From Magallana gigas (lineage: Eukaryota), in the NCBI RefSeq assembly GCF_963853765.1, contig NC_088856.1:46314001-46378000 (forward strand): DNA of 64,000 bases, in the 5' to 3' direction. The notes under the pieces were generated by a model, which ran no database searches, was not told the DNA's origin, and worked only from the letters and a program-made list of their open reading frames with translations. The position numbers and the translations under genes were made by a program. Below, piece by piece: positions 12,134 through 25,000 of the stretch (its first letter is position 1; each line of letters starts with the position of its first letter).

Positions 12134-14240
12134 AAATCAAACAGTCCCATCCACCCACAAAAGAAACACCTAAATTTTCATGAAAAAGAAAAGCTTATGG
12201 ATGGATAGGTCAAATCAGTCAGTCAGTCTGTAATTGCATGAAAGGATTTTTTTGAATATTGTTATCATTCATGTTTTTACCAAACTAACAAAAGACCATG
12301 ATTTTTTGCATGTATAATTTTAAATCCTTTACGTTTTATATCAAATGTGAATTAACTTATTTAGTCTTTCTCAATCGTACGAAAGCTTGAACTGCTTTGA
12401 ATATTTTCACATTTCTTCATCATGCAGACATAAATTTATGTTTTGATCCAATTTTGAACAATGCATTTTGATAATTTAAAACGGTCTTGTCTCATGGTTC
12501 CTATTCTAGCTGTTTCCAGATACCTGGTACATGTATTTAGTGAACATCTTGAAGCTATAACTGACAGGCAATATGTGACTAGTATTTTCATATACCTGAA
12601 CCTTTTCTAGTTTATCGGTACACCAAGACCAAACTTCTTCAGCATGCTCTATAGTTATGGACTTACAAAAGATGGTGAAGAAAATATCGAGATTTATTTC
12701 CCCAAGAAAAATCATATATTTTATGAAGGCTTTTTTGGGGAAAATAAATCTTCATATTTCCTGATTCAGAAAATTCATGCAATAAACCTTTTTATTCCTA
12801 TTCTTATGTATAAAAAAAAAAAAAACAAAAAACAAAAAACTATTGTGGCCCCATATATCCTACCCCCCCCCCCCCCCCCCCCCCCCCCCCAGGATGCTAC
12901 CACACAAGTTACAGCTTTTCTGCCCAGTTGGTTTTGGAGACGATTTTTGAACACTTTTCTCTATATATTTCTATGTTAAAATTTGACCCCCATTGTGGCC
13001 CGACCATATCCCTGGGGAACATTTTTTGCAGTATATAGCCAAATGATCTACTAGAATATGATTGGGGATGTCATTTTGATAGGAATCTGAACATGCAGTT
13101 TTCAAGATATTTGGTGTTTTCCTGTTTCTTGCAGGGTTTTCTGCATTATTGAGGGATGAAGGCCCGAACTGAGGGCCAGAGGGCAATAAGGGGTACACGG
13201 TTCCTCCCTTAGAAAATTTTAAAATTTTACATTGCAGGAGGTGGCATATCTTGGACCTCTCTTGACATATTTGGACCTGTTTTATTTTTTCCCCAATATG
13301 TTAATTTGGTTGGGGGTGTTGAAAGACATATCATGGGGTTCATGTTATTAACACCATTTGATGCTTCATAATGACATAAGAAACACGAACATACAATGTT
13401 AATGGTTTGGTGGTGGGGATCTCAACAGTTTTCAGGTATTTTCTTGTTTCATGGGGTCACAACAATCCCACAGGGTCATGGCCTACATTATATTGATGAA
13501 TCATAATACATTCTGCATCTCGAAAACACATGTGTGATGTACACCACATGAAACCCATCTAGCCTAAAGAGCCTAGGCAAGATCAACAGAGCTAGGGCTC
13601 GCCAAAATTTGGGTTGTGGGTTTGGGGATTTTTGTGGAATAAGTGGAAAATGTGTATAACATTCTTTATAAAAATCATGATTTTTAAAAACTACCAGAAA
13701 TAGCATGTGGCCTTTTTTTTTTTTTTTTTTTACTAAAACTGCTACAAGATAGTTTTATTTAGGGGCGAACACTTGAGTGGGTATTGCTGTTTAATGACAA
13801 CATCTACTGATCTAGTTCCATTTCAAATGAGAATAAAGGTTTATGAAACATTCCCCCAGAGTTTTGACAATTAAGTTTTTTTAAACATAATTTACTTACA
13901 GTAATTTACATTGTACATGTAGAATTTGTTTCACACGCATAGTCAAAAGTGTGATCTGCAATATGGAGTCAGAGAGCTAAGAATTTCAAAACTTGAATAA
14001 AGTATTCCCAAAGAGTTGTCACTAGCATTTCTTACACAAAGGGCAATAACTCTGGGAGTTTTCAAACTTGCATCTTTTGGTACCATAACTGTTAGTGGAC
14101 AATTTAATATAAACATAAAATAAGACTTGTTCCATTATTTAAGTCTAATAACAAAAAAGCTATCCTGAGACAAACATAAAAAAGCAAAAAATACTGAAGA
14201 ATTCTTTCATCTAAAGGCCTTCATGATTAAATGCAAGGTT

Positions 14241-14244
<4 letters not shown>

Positions 14245-14292
<48 letters not shown>
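14245..14292. repeat. (AG)24 microsatellite
   Basis: Directly visible. Confidence 0.97.
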
Positions 14293-14297
<5 letters not shown>

Positions 14298-15155
14298 GTG
14301 GTATTACTATAATGGGAAACACACTCTGAAAATGTTAAATTTGAAAACATTAATTCAAAGCTCAGCTTAATTCAGGACTATAATTAATTCAAACGTAAAA
14401 TCTAATGAGTAATTAAATAGAATGAAAGAAGCCAATTTTAATACAATGTAGGAATATATTAATTAGTTAATAAGATTCAGCCATTTGTAACAATGTCACT
14501 TAAAGTGTTTTTACAAAAATAAAAAAGTAAAGATATGTACATTATATATTTCTTAAAGAAGAAAAAAATACATTCAGTAATAAAGTAGAGAACAAGGAAA
14601 AGGCTATAATGATTAAATGAATGTGACTGCATGGAGATGTATTTTTGAGCTCCCATTGAGATTTAACTCTCAAATCTATAGACTTTAATGATTACAATAT
14701 CAAATGCTGCATAAAATATTGTTCCCACTGGCCACAAACAATTACATTGTATTTTTTTTTTAAAACAAAGCTTGCAGTTTAGACACTTAGATTAAGACAT
14801 AAAACTTTAATTAGTGCATTCTGAAAGAGACTTCAAAAGGCCCTGTACACTAGTTGTACATGTATATAGTGGCAAACTGCACAGTAATCACTAATCAAGC
14901 AATTATAATTACCATTAATAAATAGAAAGTGTAAATTTTAAAAAATAAAAGGAAGCCAGGTACATATATCATTAGCCCATATATTTAAATTAGTTGTGTT
15001 TTGAGACTTTTACAAAAATTTTACTTTTACAAAAAAACTAAAAACATTAAGTCTGGCTAAATTCATTCACAAGCTGAATTCATGGATACACAATTTTCTC
15101 CTTTAAATTTTTGAAAACTTGGGGCAGACATCTTTCAATTACTTTCTAAAAAAAA

Positions 15156-15521
15156 AACAAGTGAAAACCTGTCAATGTGACAGCAAACCGGGTTTTCTTT
15201 TGTGTAAACTGTATCCATAATCCATGTCAACCCTTATCCAGTGAAATGGAGTACCCTACATGTATATGCAACATTTTGCCAAAAAATGACTAAGTTCAAA
15301 AGCTAGTATTTTTTTCATAAATTATCGGAAATCAAAATCCTAGCAATATGCACACCTCTGATATATGTACAATTGATCTGCAAAAGAACAACTTCCTATC
15401 TTGAAAACTGTAGGAGGAGTTATCCGTACAATGAGGGTACCCTTTTGGCAGCCGCCCGCCCGCCAGCCTGCCATTTTCACCATTTAAATAATAGGATTTT
15501 TCCGTTGGAAAACCCGGTTAA
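15156..15521 (+). mobile_element. Putative HINE/DINE-1-type non-autonomous element
   Basis: Subterminal inverted repeats AACCGGGTTTTC (15186-15197) and GAAAACCCGGTT (15508-15519). (CCGC)n-like microsatellite at ~15450-15472. 3' stem-loop. Confidence 0.55.
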
Positions 15522-16410
15522 ACATTGTATATAAAGAAGATGGGGGAATAAGATGGCATAAATGGCCATACGGTTTAGTAGTGAAATACAATTTTGAGTT
15601 TATTTTTTCCCAATTAAATCTTTTCAAATATATTATAATACAAGTTTGCAAATTAATTAAAGCACAATTCCTAACTATATCCAGATTTTAATATATTTAA
15701 CAAAAGATAAGAAAAAAAAATATTGCCAGAAAATTTTGCGGTATCAAACCCATCACATAAAAACCCTAGGTATTTAAGGTTAGATTATGTCAGGTACTCT
15801 AACCACTGAGCCATTTTAGACACAACAAAGTAGGCTGTTTGAATATTATGTCCGACTTTGACCACAAATTTACGGACTTGTATTATTTTTTCAAAACGTT
15901 AAATTTTTGGGAAACAAAATGATATTTTTAATGTATAGTGTGTCATCTCTCCACGTTTTTGTTGATTGAAATCGGTTCATTTTCCAATATTAGTCTATGA
16001 GAATAATATGGAGCACAGACCGACTCCATAAAAGAAAATTCCCTGAAGTTCTAAAACATGACAGTATTTGCAGGTTTTGATATGTATACTCCTATTTGAG
16101 TCAACATATTCCAAGTATTGAAATAGTTTATAGGTTAAAAATCAATAATATGTAAAATGTATATTGTTTTCAATGATTTTTTACAATAAATATCAGATAT
16201 ATTGATATTTTAATTTTTCAGTAGCTTGTCCGACCATGTATGGGCAATATTACACGCCTTATCCACCTTCTTAGAATGGGATACATTAAACTCCTCTCAA
16301 ATAGTGTTGTCACTACTGTATACTTTCCTCAGCTTCCTTCATAAAGATTGAATTTATAACTTAGAAGATATAAAAAGTCTGCTAAATTCATGCATGATCT
16401 CTCGATCTAA

Positions 16411-18350
16411 ATAGTGTTACAGGTATCCTTAACTATATCCAAGTGTACCCATTGTACCCTTTCCTTTAGCTCATTTTATTTGATTTTTTAACTTAGACTA
16501 AAATAAAGACTCCTTAGCCCTTGTATCACTTTCTAATAGTGTTGTAACCTACCCGTATCCAAGTGTACCCTTTGTACCCATTGTACCCTTTCCATCAACT
16601 CATTTATTTGATTTTTTAACTTAGAAAAAAATAGACTTCTAAACCCTTGTATCACTTTCTAATAGTGTTGTAACCTACCCTGTATCCAAGTGTATCCTTT
16701 GTACCCACTGTACCCTTTCCTTCAGCTCATTTTATTTGATTTTTTAACTAAGACTAAAATAAAGACTCCTTAGCCATTGTATCACTTTCTAATAGTGTTG
16801 TAACCTACCCGTATCCAAGTGTACCCTTTGTACCCATTGTACCCTTTCCTTCAGCTCATGTATTTGAATTTTTAACTTAGACTAAATAAAGACTCCTTAG
16901 CCCTTCTATCACTTTCTAATAGTGTTGTAACCTACCCGTATCCAAGTGTACCCTTTGTACCCATTGTACCCTTTCCATCAACTCATTTATTTGATTTTTT
17001 AACTTAGAAAAAAAATAGACTTCTAAACCCTTGTATCACTTTCTAATAGTGTTGTAACCTACCCTGTATCCAAGTGTACCCATTGTACCCACTGTACCCT
17101 TTCCTTCAGCTCATATATTTGATTTTTTAACTTAGAAAAAAAAATAGACTTCTAAACCCTTGTATCACTTTCTCATAGAGTTGTAACCTACCCTGTATCC
17201 AAGTGTACCCATTGTACCCACTGTACCCTTTCCTTCAGCTCATGTATTTGATTTTTTAACTTAGACTAAATAAAGACTTCTAAACCCTTGTATCACTTTC
17301 TCATAGAGTTGTAACCTACCCTGTATCCAAGTGTACCCATTGTACCCACTGTACCCTTTCCTTCAGCTCATGTATTTGATTTTTTAACTTAGAAAAAAAA
17401 TAGACTTCTAAACCCTTGTATCACTTTCTAATAGTGTTGTAACCTACCCTGTATCCAAGTGTACCCATTGTACCCTCTGTACCCTTTCCTTCAGCTCATT
17501 TATTTGATTTTTTAACTTAGAAAAAAAATAGACTTCTAATTCCTTGTATCACTTTCTCATAGAGTTGTAACCTACCCTGTATCCAAGTGTACCCATTGTA
17601 CCCACTGTACCCTTTCCTTCAGCTCATATATTTGATTTTTTAACTTAGACTAAAATATAGACTTCTAAACCCTTGTATCACTTTCTAATAGTGTTGTAAC
17701 CTACCCTGTATCCAAGTGTATCCTTTGTACCCACTGTACCCTTTCCTTCAGCTCATTTATTTGATTTTTTAACTTAGACTAAAATAAAGACTCCTTAGCC
17801 CTTGTATCACTTTCTAATAGTGTTGTAACCTACCCTGTATCCAAGTGTACCCATTGTACCCACTGTACCCTTTCCTTCAGCTAATTTATTTGATTTTCTA
17901 ACTTAGACTAAAATAAAGACTTCTAAACCCTTGTATCACTTTCTCATAGTGTTGTAACCTACCCTGTATCCAAGTGTACCCATTGTACCCACTGTACCCT
18001 TTCCTTCAGCTCATTTATTTGATTTTTTAACTTAGACTAAAATAAAGACTTCTAAACCCTTGTATCACTTTCTAATAGTGTTGTAACCTACCCTGTATCC
18101 AAGTGTATCCTTTGTACCCACTGTACCCTTTCCTTCAGCTCATTTATTTGATTTTTTAACTTAGACTAAAATAAAGACTTCTAAACCCGTGTATCACTTT
18201 CTCATAGTGTTGTAACCTACCCTGTATCCAAGTGTACTCTTTGTACCCACAGTACCCTTTCCATCAGCTCATTTATTTGATTTTTTAACTTAGACTAAAA
18301 TAAAGACTTCTAATCCCTTGTATCACTTTGTCATAGAGTTGTTACCTTTT
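16411..18350. repeat. Tandem array, ~128-129-bp monomer, ~15 copies (satellite/minisatellite)
   Basis: The marker TATCCAAGTGTA recurs at 16436, 16556, 16683, 16812, 16939, 17067, 17196, 17324, 17452, 17580, 17709, 17838, 17967, 18096 and 18225. The edges are degenerate. Confidence 0.95.
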
Positions 18351-18657
18351 CTATAGCTGTTTAAAGTTGATTCTCTAAAATCCTTCCTGACTCCCCTACT
18401 TTCAGTTTTAGTAGAAATATATAGTGTACCCTGTTTGTAACTTTTAACGCATGTTTTATATAGTGGTGTACCCTTGGGTACAAAACTATTACCTTAAAAC
18501 GCAGTCCTAATTTCTTGCCATATCTAAAAAAATCCAAGTGCCTGTGTATATACTCAGGGACGTATATACTAACATATACCCTGATATTTTCAATACTTGC
18601 TGAATTAAAGATTAAACTAACAGTTTCACTGACATTTGAATATGTTGTATACGTTAC

Positions 18658-18660
18658 CAT
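18658..18660 (-). CDS. IMP4: Inferred ATG-only first coding exon of IMP4
   Basis: Exon 2 starts in phase 0 at Ile-2, so exon 1 must end with ATG|GT. The best candidate is AATAAAATG|GTAACG on the minus strand, 422 bp from the ISY1 start in a promoter-like interval. This implies an ~11.7-kb intron 1. Other ATG|GT sites were not excluded. Confidence 0.55.
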
Positions 18661-19082
18661 TTTATTATCCGTGAATTAAAGACTAGAAAATTCACATTTC
18701 TTTGAGAAAGTTAAAACAACGTGTTCTACAAGAGGAAGTAAGTATCACTTGCTAAAATTAAAGGAGTAAAGAGTAAATTTATGTATTCCGGATTTTCTTT
18801 GATTTTATTTTTAAGTAAATTTGAATTCGATTTTAAATTATCTTTGCAAAGAATAAAAAAAAAAGACATCTCACATACATCATTTTGTGCAAGAAACGTA
18901 CATGGCTAGTAAAACAAAACAGAACGAAAAATGATTCTCTCTTTTAGTTTCAAGAAAAGCATTTCCGGTTTGAAAACAAAAAGACGTTCAAAGCACGAAG
19001 CATGAGAACTTCATTATGTTGTAAAAGCGGATAATATCCGATCGTTTCTTTACTGTGTATGGTCAAGAATTAAACAGATAAA
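18661..19082. promoter_or_regulatory. Candidate bidirectional promoter IMP4/ISY1
   Basis: 422 bp between divergent ATG|GT exons. ETS-type TTCCGG cores at ~18786 and 18963-18968. Depends on the IMP4 exon 1 inference. Confidence 0.55.
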
Positions 19083-22000
19083 ATGGTTAGTAAAATTCGT
19101 TGTTGAATTTGTAGATTTTTCTTGATTTCCTTTGATTATGATTATGCCTGTAATGATGGGAAAATACTTTCCTTTCACTGAGTTTAAACATTTGACATAT
19201 CTTAAATTTACCTTTTCAGGCCAGAAACAGTGAAAAGGCGATGTGAGTATATGATCTTTTGAATTACATAGGTAGCTAAGATGAACAGGTTGTTAGTCAG
19301 TCAACCATATCAGACCCATTGTCCAACAGACAAATTTCATGTTAAAATTTTGTTCTTAGCTAACAAGTTATCTTTTTGTTTGATATGGACACTTGACAAA
19401 AATTGGCAGTTAATTTGAGCTTACAGTATCGACCAGACCCAACCTAACACCAAAGCAGACCCCAACTAAACCACATACTTTCGGGGTTAGTTTGGGTTTG
19501 TAAATTTTGTGTCCACTTTAGGTTTACTTTGATTCTAATTCGGGGTTTACTTTGGGTTTGTTCGGAGTTTGCTTTTGGGGTCCACTTTGCGCACTGGGGT
19601 GTGAAGTAGACATGTCTTTAATCATACCATCTAACTTCATGTAAACCTCCCCTTTTGTTATTCCAAATACAGGTTTAGCGTCTGCTTTCACACCTTCTTT
19701 GATCACTCTGGTTGTACTCTGCATTTACTTTGGGTTTACTTGGGGTTAACTCTTCATTACTTTATAGGGTTCTGGTAAGGACTTAAAAGTTCAGAATCCT
19801 TGGCTCAGTAATGTAGAGATGTTCTTATATCTGAGTACAAGTATAGTGCAGATATGGATAATCATATTCATTTTTCAATAATTTGAATTTTTTAAAAATT
19901 GGGTACGTTCAAAACTTGACATTATATATATAATTTGAAATTGACATTTACATCATTGTAATGTATTAGAGAGAGAGTAAGAAACACGTCTGTATGGTTT
20001 GCTAACTATTTATTAAGTGAAGTGATATTTCATATGATAACAGATGTTGGGATTGTACATAGATTTACCCGTGAGAACATGGGCAGTCAGAGAGCGCTTA
20101 ATAGCTTGAATATAAACACATAAATAAACACATCTCAGGAGTCGGTTCTAAGTGTTTGGACATTACATCCCTCCCTTTCTTCAGAATGGAGCACATGTTT
20201 AAAATAAAATTCATTAGACCTAATTCAGTATTGCAATTTTTTCTTGTTTGATTGAAACACAAAAGTTAATTCAGAATATCACCGTCCTTTCTAAATACTA
20301 CACTAAAACTAATACATATCTAAGTATGTTTATAATTGAGGGGATTATTATGCCCCTTTACATCTATTAGAGCACTATTTACACAAGTAATCTTCTAGGT
20401 ACGATGGTGGTTTGCGTACGCGTGTTGACCGTCTAGGTTCCTGCTGTGCTGGCGGCTGCGGGTTAATGACGTCTTCACACAGGTCATCTGAGGTCTCAAC
20501 TGGCTTATCGCATTCCGTGTTAATCTTCTTATAGAACGACGCGTCTCTGGTTATTTCTTTATTTTCTGTTTTCGCAGTAATCATGGACCCATGTTGTTTA
20601 ATTACTGTGTACGGCTGTGAATTGTACGGAGTTGATAATTCATCCGTTTTCTGTTGTTTGACCAGGACTTGATCTCCTATCTGTAATTTATGTTGTGTTG
20701 CCTTTCGTTTTTCATCAGCATATTGTTTCATTTGTTCTTTTCGTTTCCAGTCATTGTCTTGGATTACTTTCTTATTCACTGCTGGCGGGGTGATCTCTGG
20801 AACACGAGTTTTTAATTTTCGTCCTAGCAGCAATTCTGCTGGAGTCGCGTTCGTAGTCGAATGAGGTGTGGCTCTATAATTTCTTAGGAAGTTGTAAAGT
20901 TCTTGTTTCCAGCTCCGATGTTCGCTATGTGCTGCTCTTATTGCCTTTCCTATAGTCCTCATAAATCTCTCTGCTTCTCCGTTCGCTTGAGGCCACAGCG
21001 GGGTTATTTTTCGATGCTTGAATCCAAGATGGTTAGCAAATTCTTTAAATTCGGATCCATTGAAAGGTGGACCATTGTCGGTTTTAACGACGTCTGGGAC
21101 TCCAAATAAAGCAAATACGCTATCGAGTTTTGGTAACACTGCTTTTGCAGAGATTTTAGACAGAATTTCTATGACAGGATATCTTGAGTAATCGTCGATC
21201 ACAACCATCAGGTACGATCCATTCGGAAATGGTCCACAGAAGTCCATACTCACTTCTGACCATGGTCGTGTTGGTAAGGGTGACATTTTCAGTGGCTCGC
21301 AATGCCTTCCAGGAACAGATGCTTGGCACGGGATACATCGCTTACAAAATTCTTCAACCTTTTTGTCTATGTTGACAAACCAAACCTTTTCGCGGAGGAG
21401 TTGTTTGGTTCTCACGATTCCCTGATGACCCTCATGCGCTAATTGTATTACGGTATGTTGTAATGTTTCTGGGATGATGATCCTGTTTTCGACCAGTAGG
21501 ACACAATCGTTCCCATCTTGATAAATGGTCATCTCGTTTTTTCTGTGTATTAAAGTGTCAATTACTTTGTATTTGAATAAACATGGTGACACTTGTTTTC
21601 TATTTTTGATCGCATCAATAACATGTTGAAGTGCCGAATCCTTACGTGTTTCTTCGGCGATTTTCTCTAAAGTGAGTGCTTTTGGGACTGCATTTTCTGT
21701 AACGTAGTTTACATACTCTTCTGCAATGCTTGATAGTTCTGGTGTCGATCGTTTACATGGATGTCTCGACATGTAATCTGCTGCATTTGATTTCCCCGGT
21801 TTATACTGAACTGTAAAGCTGTATGGTTGAAGCTTTAGTCTCCATCGTTCGATCCTTGCTGGGGGTTTTGAATTTGGGTTGTTGAAGATGGACTCTAGCG
21901 GTTTATGGTCACTAATGATTTTAAATTGGTTTCCAAACAAGTATAAATGAAAATGTTCACAGCCCCAAACAATAGCTAGTGCTTCTCTTTCAGTTTGGGA

Positions 22001-25000
22001 GTATCTTGTTTCAACATCATTTAGCGCTCGGCTCCCGTATGATATGACTTTCCCATCTTGAGTTAATAACGCTCCTAATCCTAAGGGACTAGCGTCTACA
22101 ATCATTACAGTTTGTTTTGTTGCATCAAAGTAAGCCATTACTTTTGTCACTTGTGAGATCACGTTTGAGTGTCTCAAACGATTCCTGTTGATTCCTTCCC
22201 CACTCAAAATTAACATTGTTTTTGGTGAGGTCCCTCAATGGTGCTGTAATGGTTGAATAATTTGGTATGAATCTCCCGACATAGTTGGTCATGCCCAGGA
22301 AACTTCTTACCTCGCTTACATTCTTGGGAATTTCCGCTGTCTTTATAGCATCAACCTTCCGTGGATCTGCTGATATTCCATTGGCACTAAACACGTATCC
22401 ATAGAACTCAAGCTGTGACTTGTTGAATTCACACTTATCCTTATTCAATGTTAGATTTCTTTCAGATAGCCTCTTGAATACAGCTTCCAGGTTTTTGTCA
22501 TGCTCGAGCTGATTTTCTCCAAACACAATTATATCATCACTGATGTTGCGGACACCACGCAGTCCTTCCAACGCAGTACTGAGTGTATTCTGAAATACTT
22601 CAGCAGCGGACGAAATTCCAAAGCTGAGTCGCTTGTATCGACGCAATCCTACATGAGTAGAGAATGTTGTGATATTGCGTGATTCCGGATGTAACTCGAG
22701 TTGATGATAGCCTGCATTAAGATCAAGCTTGGAAAACACTTTAGCACCGTTAAGATCCAAAATCATGTCGTCAATTGTTGGGGTTACGTGCCTTTCCCGC
22801 TGAATGGCTGTGTTCGCTTTACGCATGTCAACACAAAGTCTAATTTCACCAGGCTTTTTGGGTTTTGGTGCGACAACAATTGGTGACACCCACGGTGTTG
22901 GTCCTTCTACTTTTTCGATTATGTCAAGCGCTTCTAACTTCTTTAGTTCTTGTTCTACCTGTTTTCGAACATGGAACGGTATTCGTCTATGTGGTTGCGT
23001 TACTGGTTGTATGTTTCTGTCGATGTGGAGTTGAATTTGTTTTTTTTTCAGTTTTCCGATTCCATCAAACACTGATGGGTACTTTTTACACAGTTTCTCA
23101 ATTTTGTTTTCGCATACGGTGGTCGCAATTCTTGGTACAATCTGCATCTCGATGCACGTATCGTATCCTAGTATGCAGCCATAATTTCCTTTGGCAACAT
23201 AAACTTCAGCTGTTCCGATTTTCTTGTCATTTTCAATCGTTGCTGTGAATTTTCCAATCATTTCAAGCTTTGTATTTGATCCATACGCAAAAACAGGATT
23301 ATTGGCTTTCCTCAGTTTTACTTTACCCCTTATTTTCTCAAATGTTTTCTCGTCAATTGCGTTGATGCTTGAGCCTGTGTCAACAAGTACTGTCACGGGG
23401 ATTCCGTTGATTTCAACTTTTATTTGTGGTTGCTTATATACAGAGTTAATCTGACCCAGACCAAAAACGTATTTTTCAGATTCACTTTCGGAGTCACTGT
23501 ACTTGGCGGCTTTATCGAGTTGTTTGATTGATTTAGAAGTAGAATGCGGTTTCTTCTTTGATTGACACACTGAAGCAAAGTGATCAGGCTTATGACATGA
23601 ATTGCATGTTTTACCTCGGGCAGGGCATCTTCCATCCCGGTGAGGATATGATCCTCCACAAAAATAGCACTTGTCATTTGGTCGTGCGTCCTTGTGATGC
23701 GGCGTTCTGTGTTTCTTCTCAAGGAATTTGGGTGCGTTTCTGCGTTTCCTTATCGCATTGACATCATTTGTGGATTTGTCCGATTTCTCAATTTCGCTTG
23801 CTTGTCTGTCTGAGATTTCCATAGATCGCGCTAGCTTCAGTAAATCGTTCAGACTCATGTCTTCCCTTAATGCACGTCTCCTCAACCTCGTTGAGTTGCA
23901 TCCCTGAATGATTTGAGACTTCAACTCCTTGTCATTTGCGGCGAATTCGCATGTTAATGATAATTGCCTAAGCCTAGTGTGAAACGTATCTATGCTCTCC
24001 CCTGCTTCCTGTTTCGCCTGTCTAAACTTATAAATTTCGAATTCTGCATTTTTGTTTGGCGCAAAGTACTCCGTAAGTTTGGCTACAGCGGTGTCGTAGT
24101 CGTCTCCGGTGTCGGGTAGAGTTTCAAAAATTTCATTCACTTCCTCTCCAGCATAGTGTAGAAGTAACGCTCTTTGTCTCGGTTTGTCGTTTTTAACGCC
24201 CATTGCGAGAATAAGATTGTCTAGTCTTAACTTCCACTTTTTCCAACGAATGTCAGGTGCATTTTCATGCACAGAAAACGGTGGGAAACTTGGTAATGAT
24301 GACATGATGAATATACCACAAGTGTTCTACACGGTAGTACTAAATGTCCAAGTATCACCAAGACATCCTCGTCGCCATTGTAATGTATTAGAGAGAGAGT
24401 AAGAAACACGTCTGTATGGTTTGCTAACTATTTATTAAGTGAAGTGATATTTCATATGATAACAGATGTTGGGATTGTACATAGATTTACCCGTGAGAAC
24501 ATGGGCAGTCAGAGAGCGCTTAATAGCTTGAATATAAACACATAAATAAACACATCTCAGGAGTCGGTTCTAAGTGTTTGGACATTACAATCATCACTTT
24601 TTTCCTTATCGTTTTAAATTTTTTGTTACTTTAATGATGAAAAACAAAATTTTAGACATTGTACACTTGCTACATTGACTGAGTTATTACATTATACTAC
24701 AATCATGAATCTTAAAACTGTTGTATGATATTGACGTGTATTGGTAGAGACTGCTCATTGACAGAATCAAGGGGTCGAACTGAAATAATAAAAAAGCAGT
24801 TAAAACCCACAGCACATCCCATCTAACTAAAAATTTCATTTAGTAAAATGATAAGTAAATGTCAGACTGTTCACTGGATTCACTAGATGGTAACTTGAGA
24901 GTGATTGACATTATTTTTTTTGGTTTGTGGACTTGAAATTATCATATGAGTATGGTTTTTGTTAATGAAGATACAGAATTATAATGAAGCATATTTTCCT

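Larger units (their letters stand above)
19957..24589 (-). mobile_element. Full-length Ty3/Gypsy LTR retrotransposon (Mag-like), antisense in ISY1 intron 2
   Basis: 211-bp LTRs at 19957-20167 and 24379-24589 (TG..CA, no difference seen). 5-bp TSD ATCAT. PBS at 24364-24377. PPT AGAAAGGGAGGGA at 20168-20180 on the minus strand. Domain order gag-PR-RT-RH-IN. Confidence 0.97.

Noticed and set aside
16411-18350. CRISPR-like array
   Set aside because: The whole monomer is repeated with no unique spacers, there are no cas genes, and the context is eukaryotic.
18361-18660. 99-aa minus-strand ORF
   Set aside because: Only the ATG is likely coding. The rest is intron read-through after the GTAACG donor.
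22135-22216. Programmed ribosomal frameshift in the Gypsy element
   Set aside because: The site is at the RT/RNase H junction rather than gag/pol, and there is no X XXY YYZ slippery heptamer. A simple indel is more parsimonious.
22500-24402. Plus-strand ORFs over the Gypsy element
   Set aside because: These are antisense shadows of the pol reading frame.
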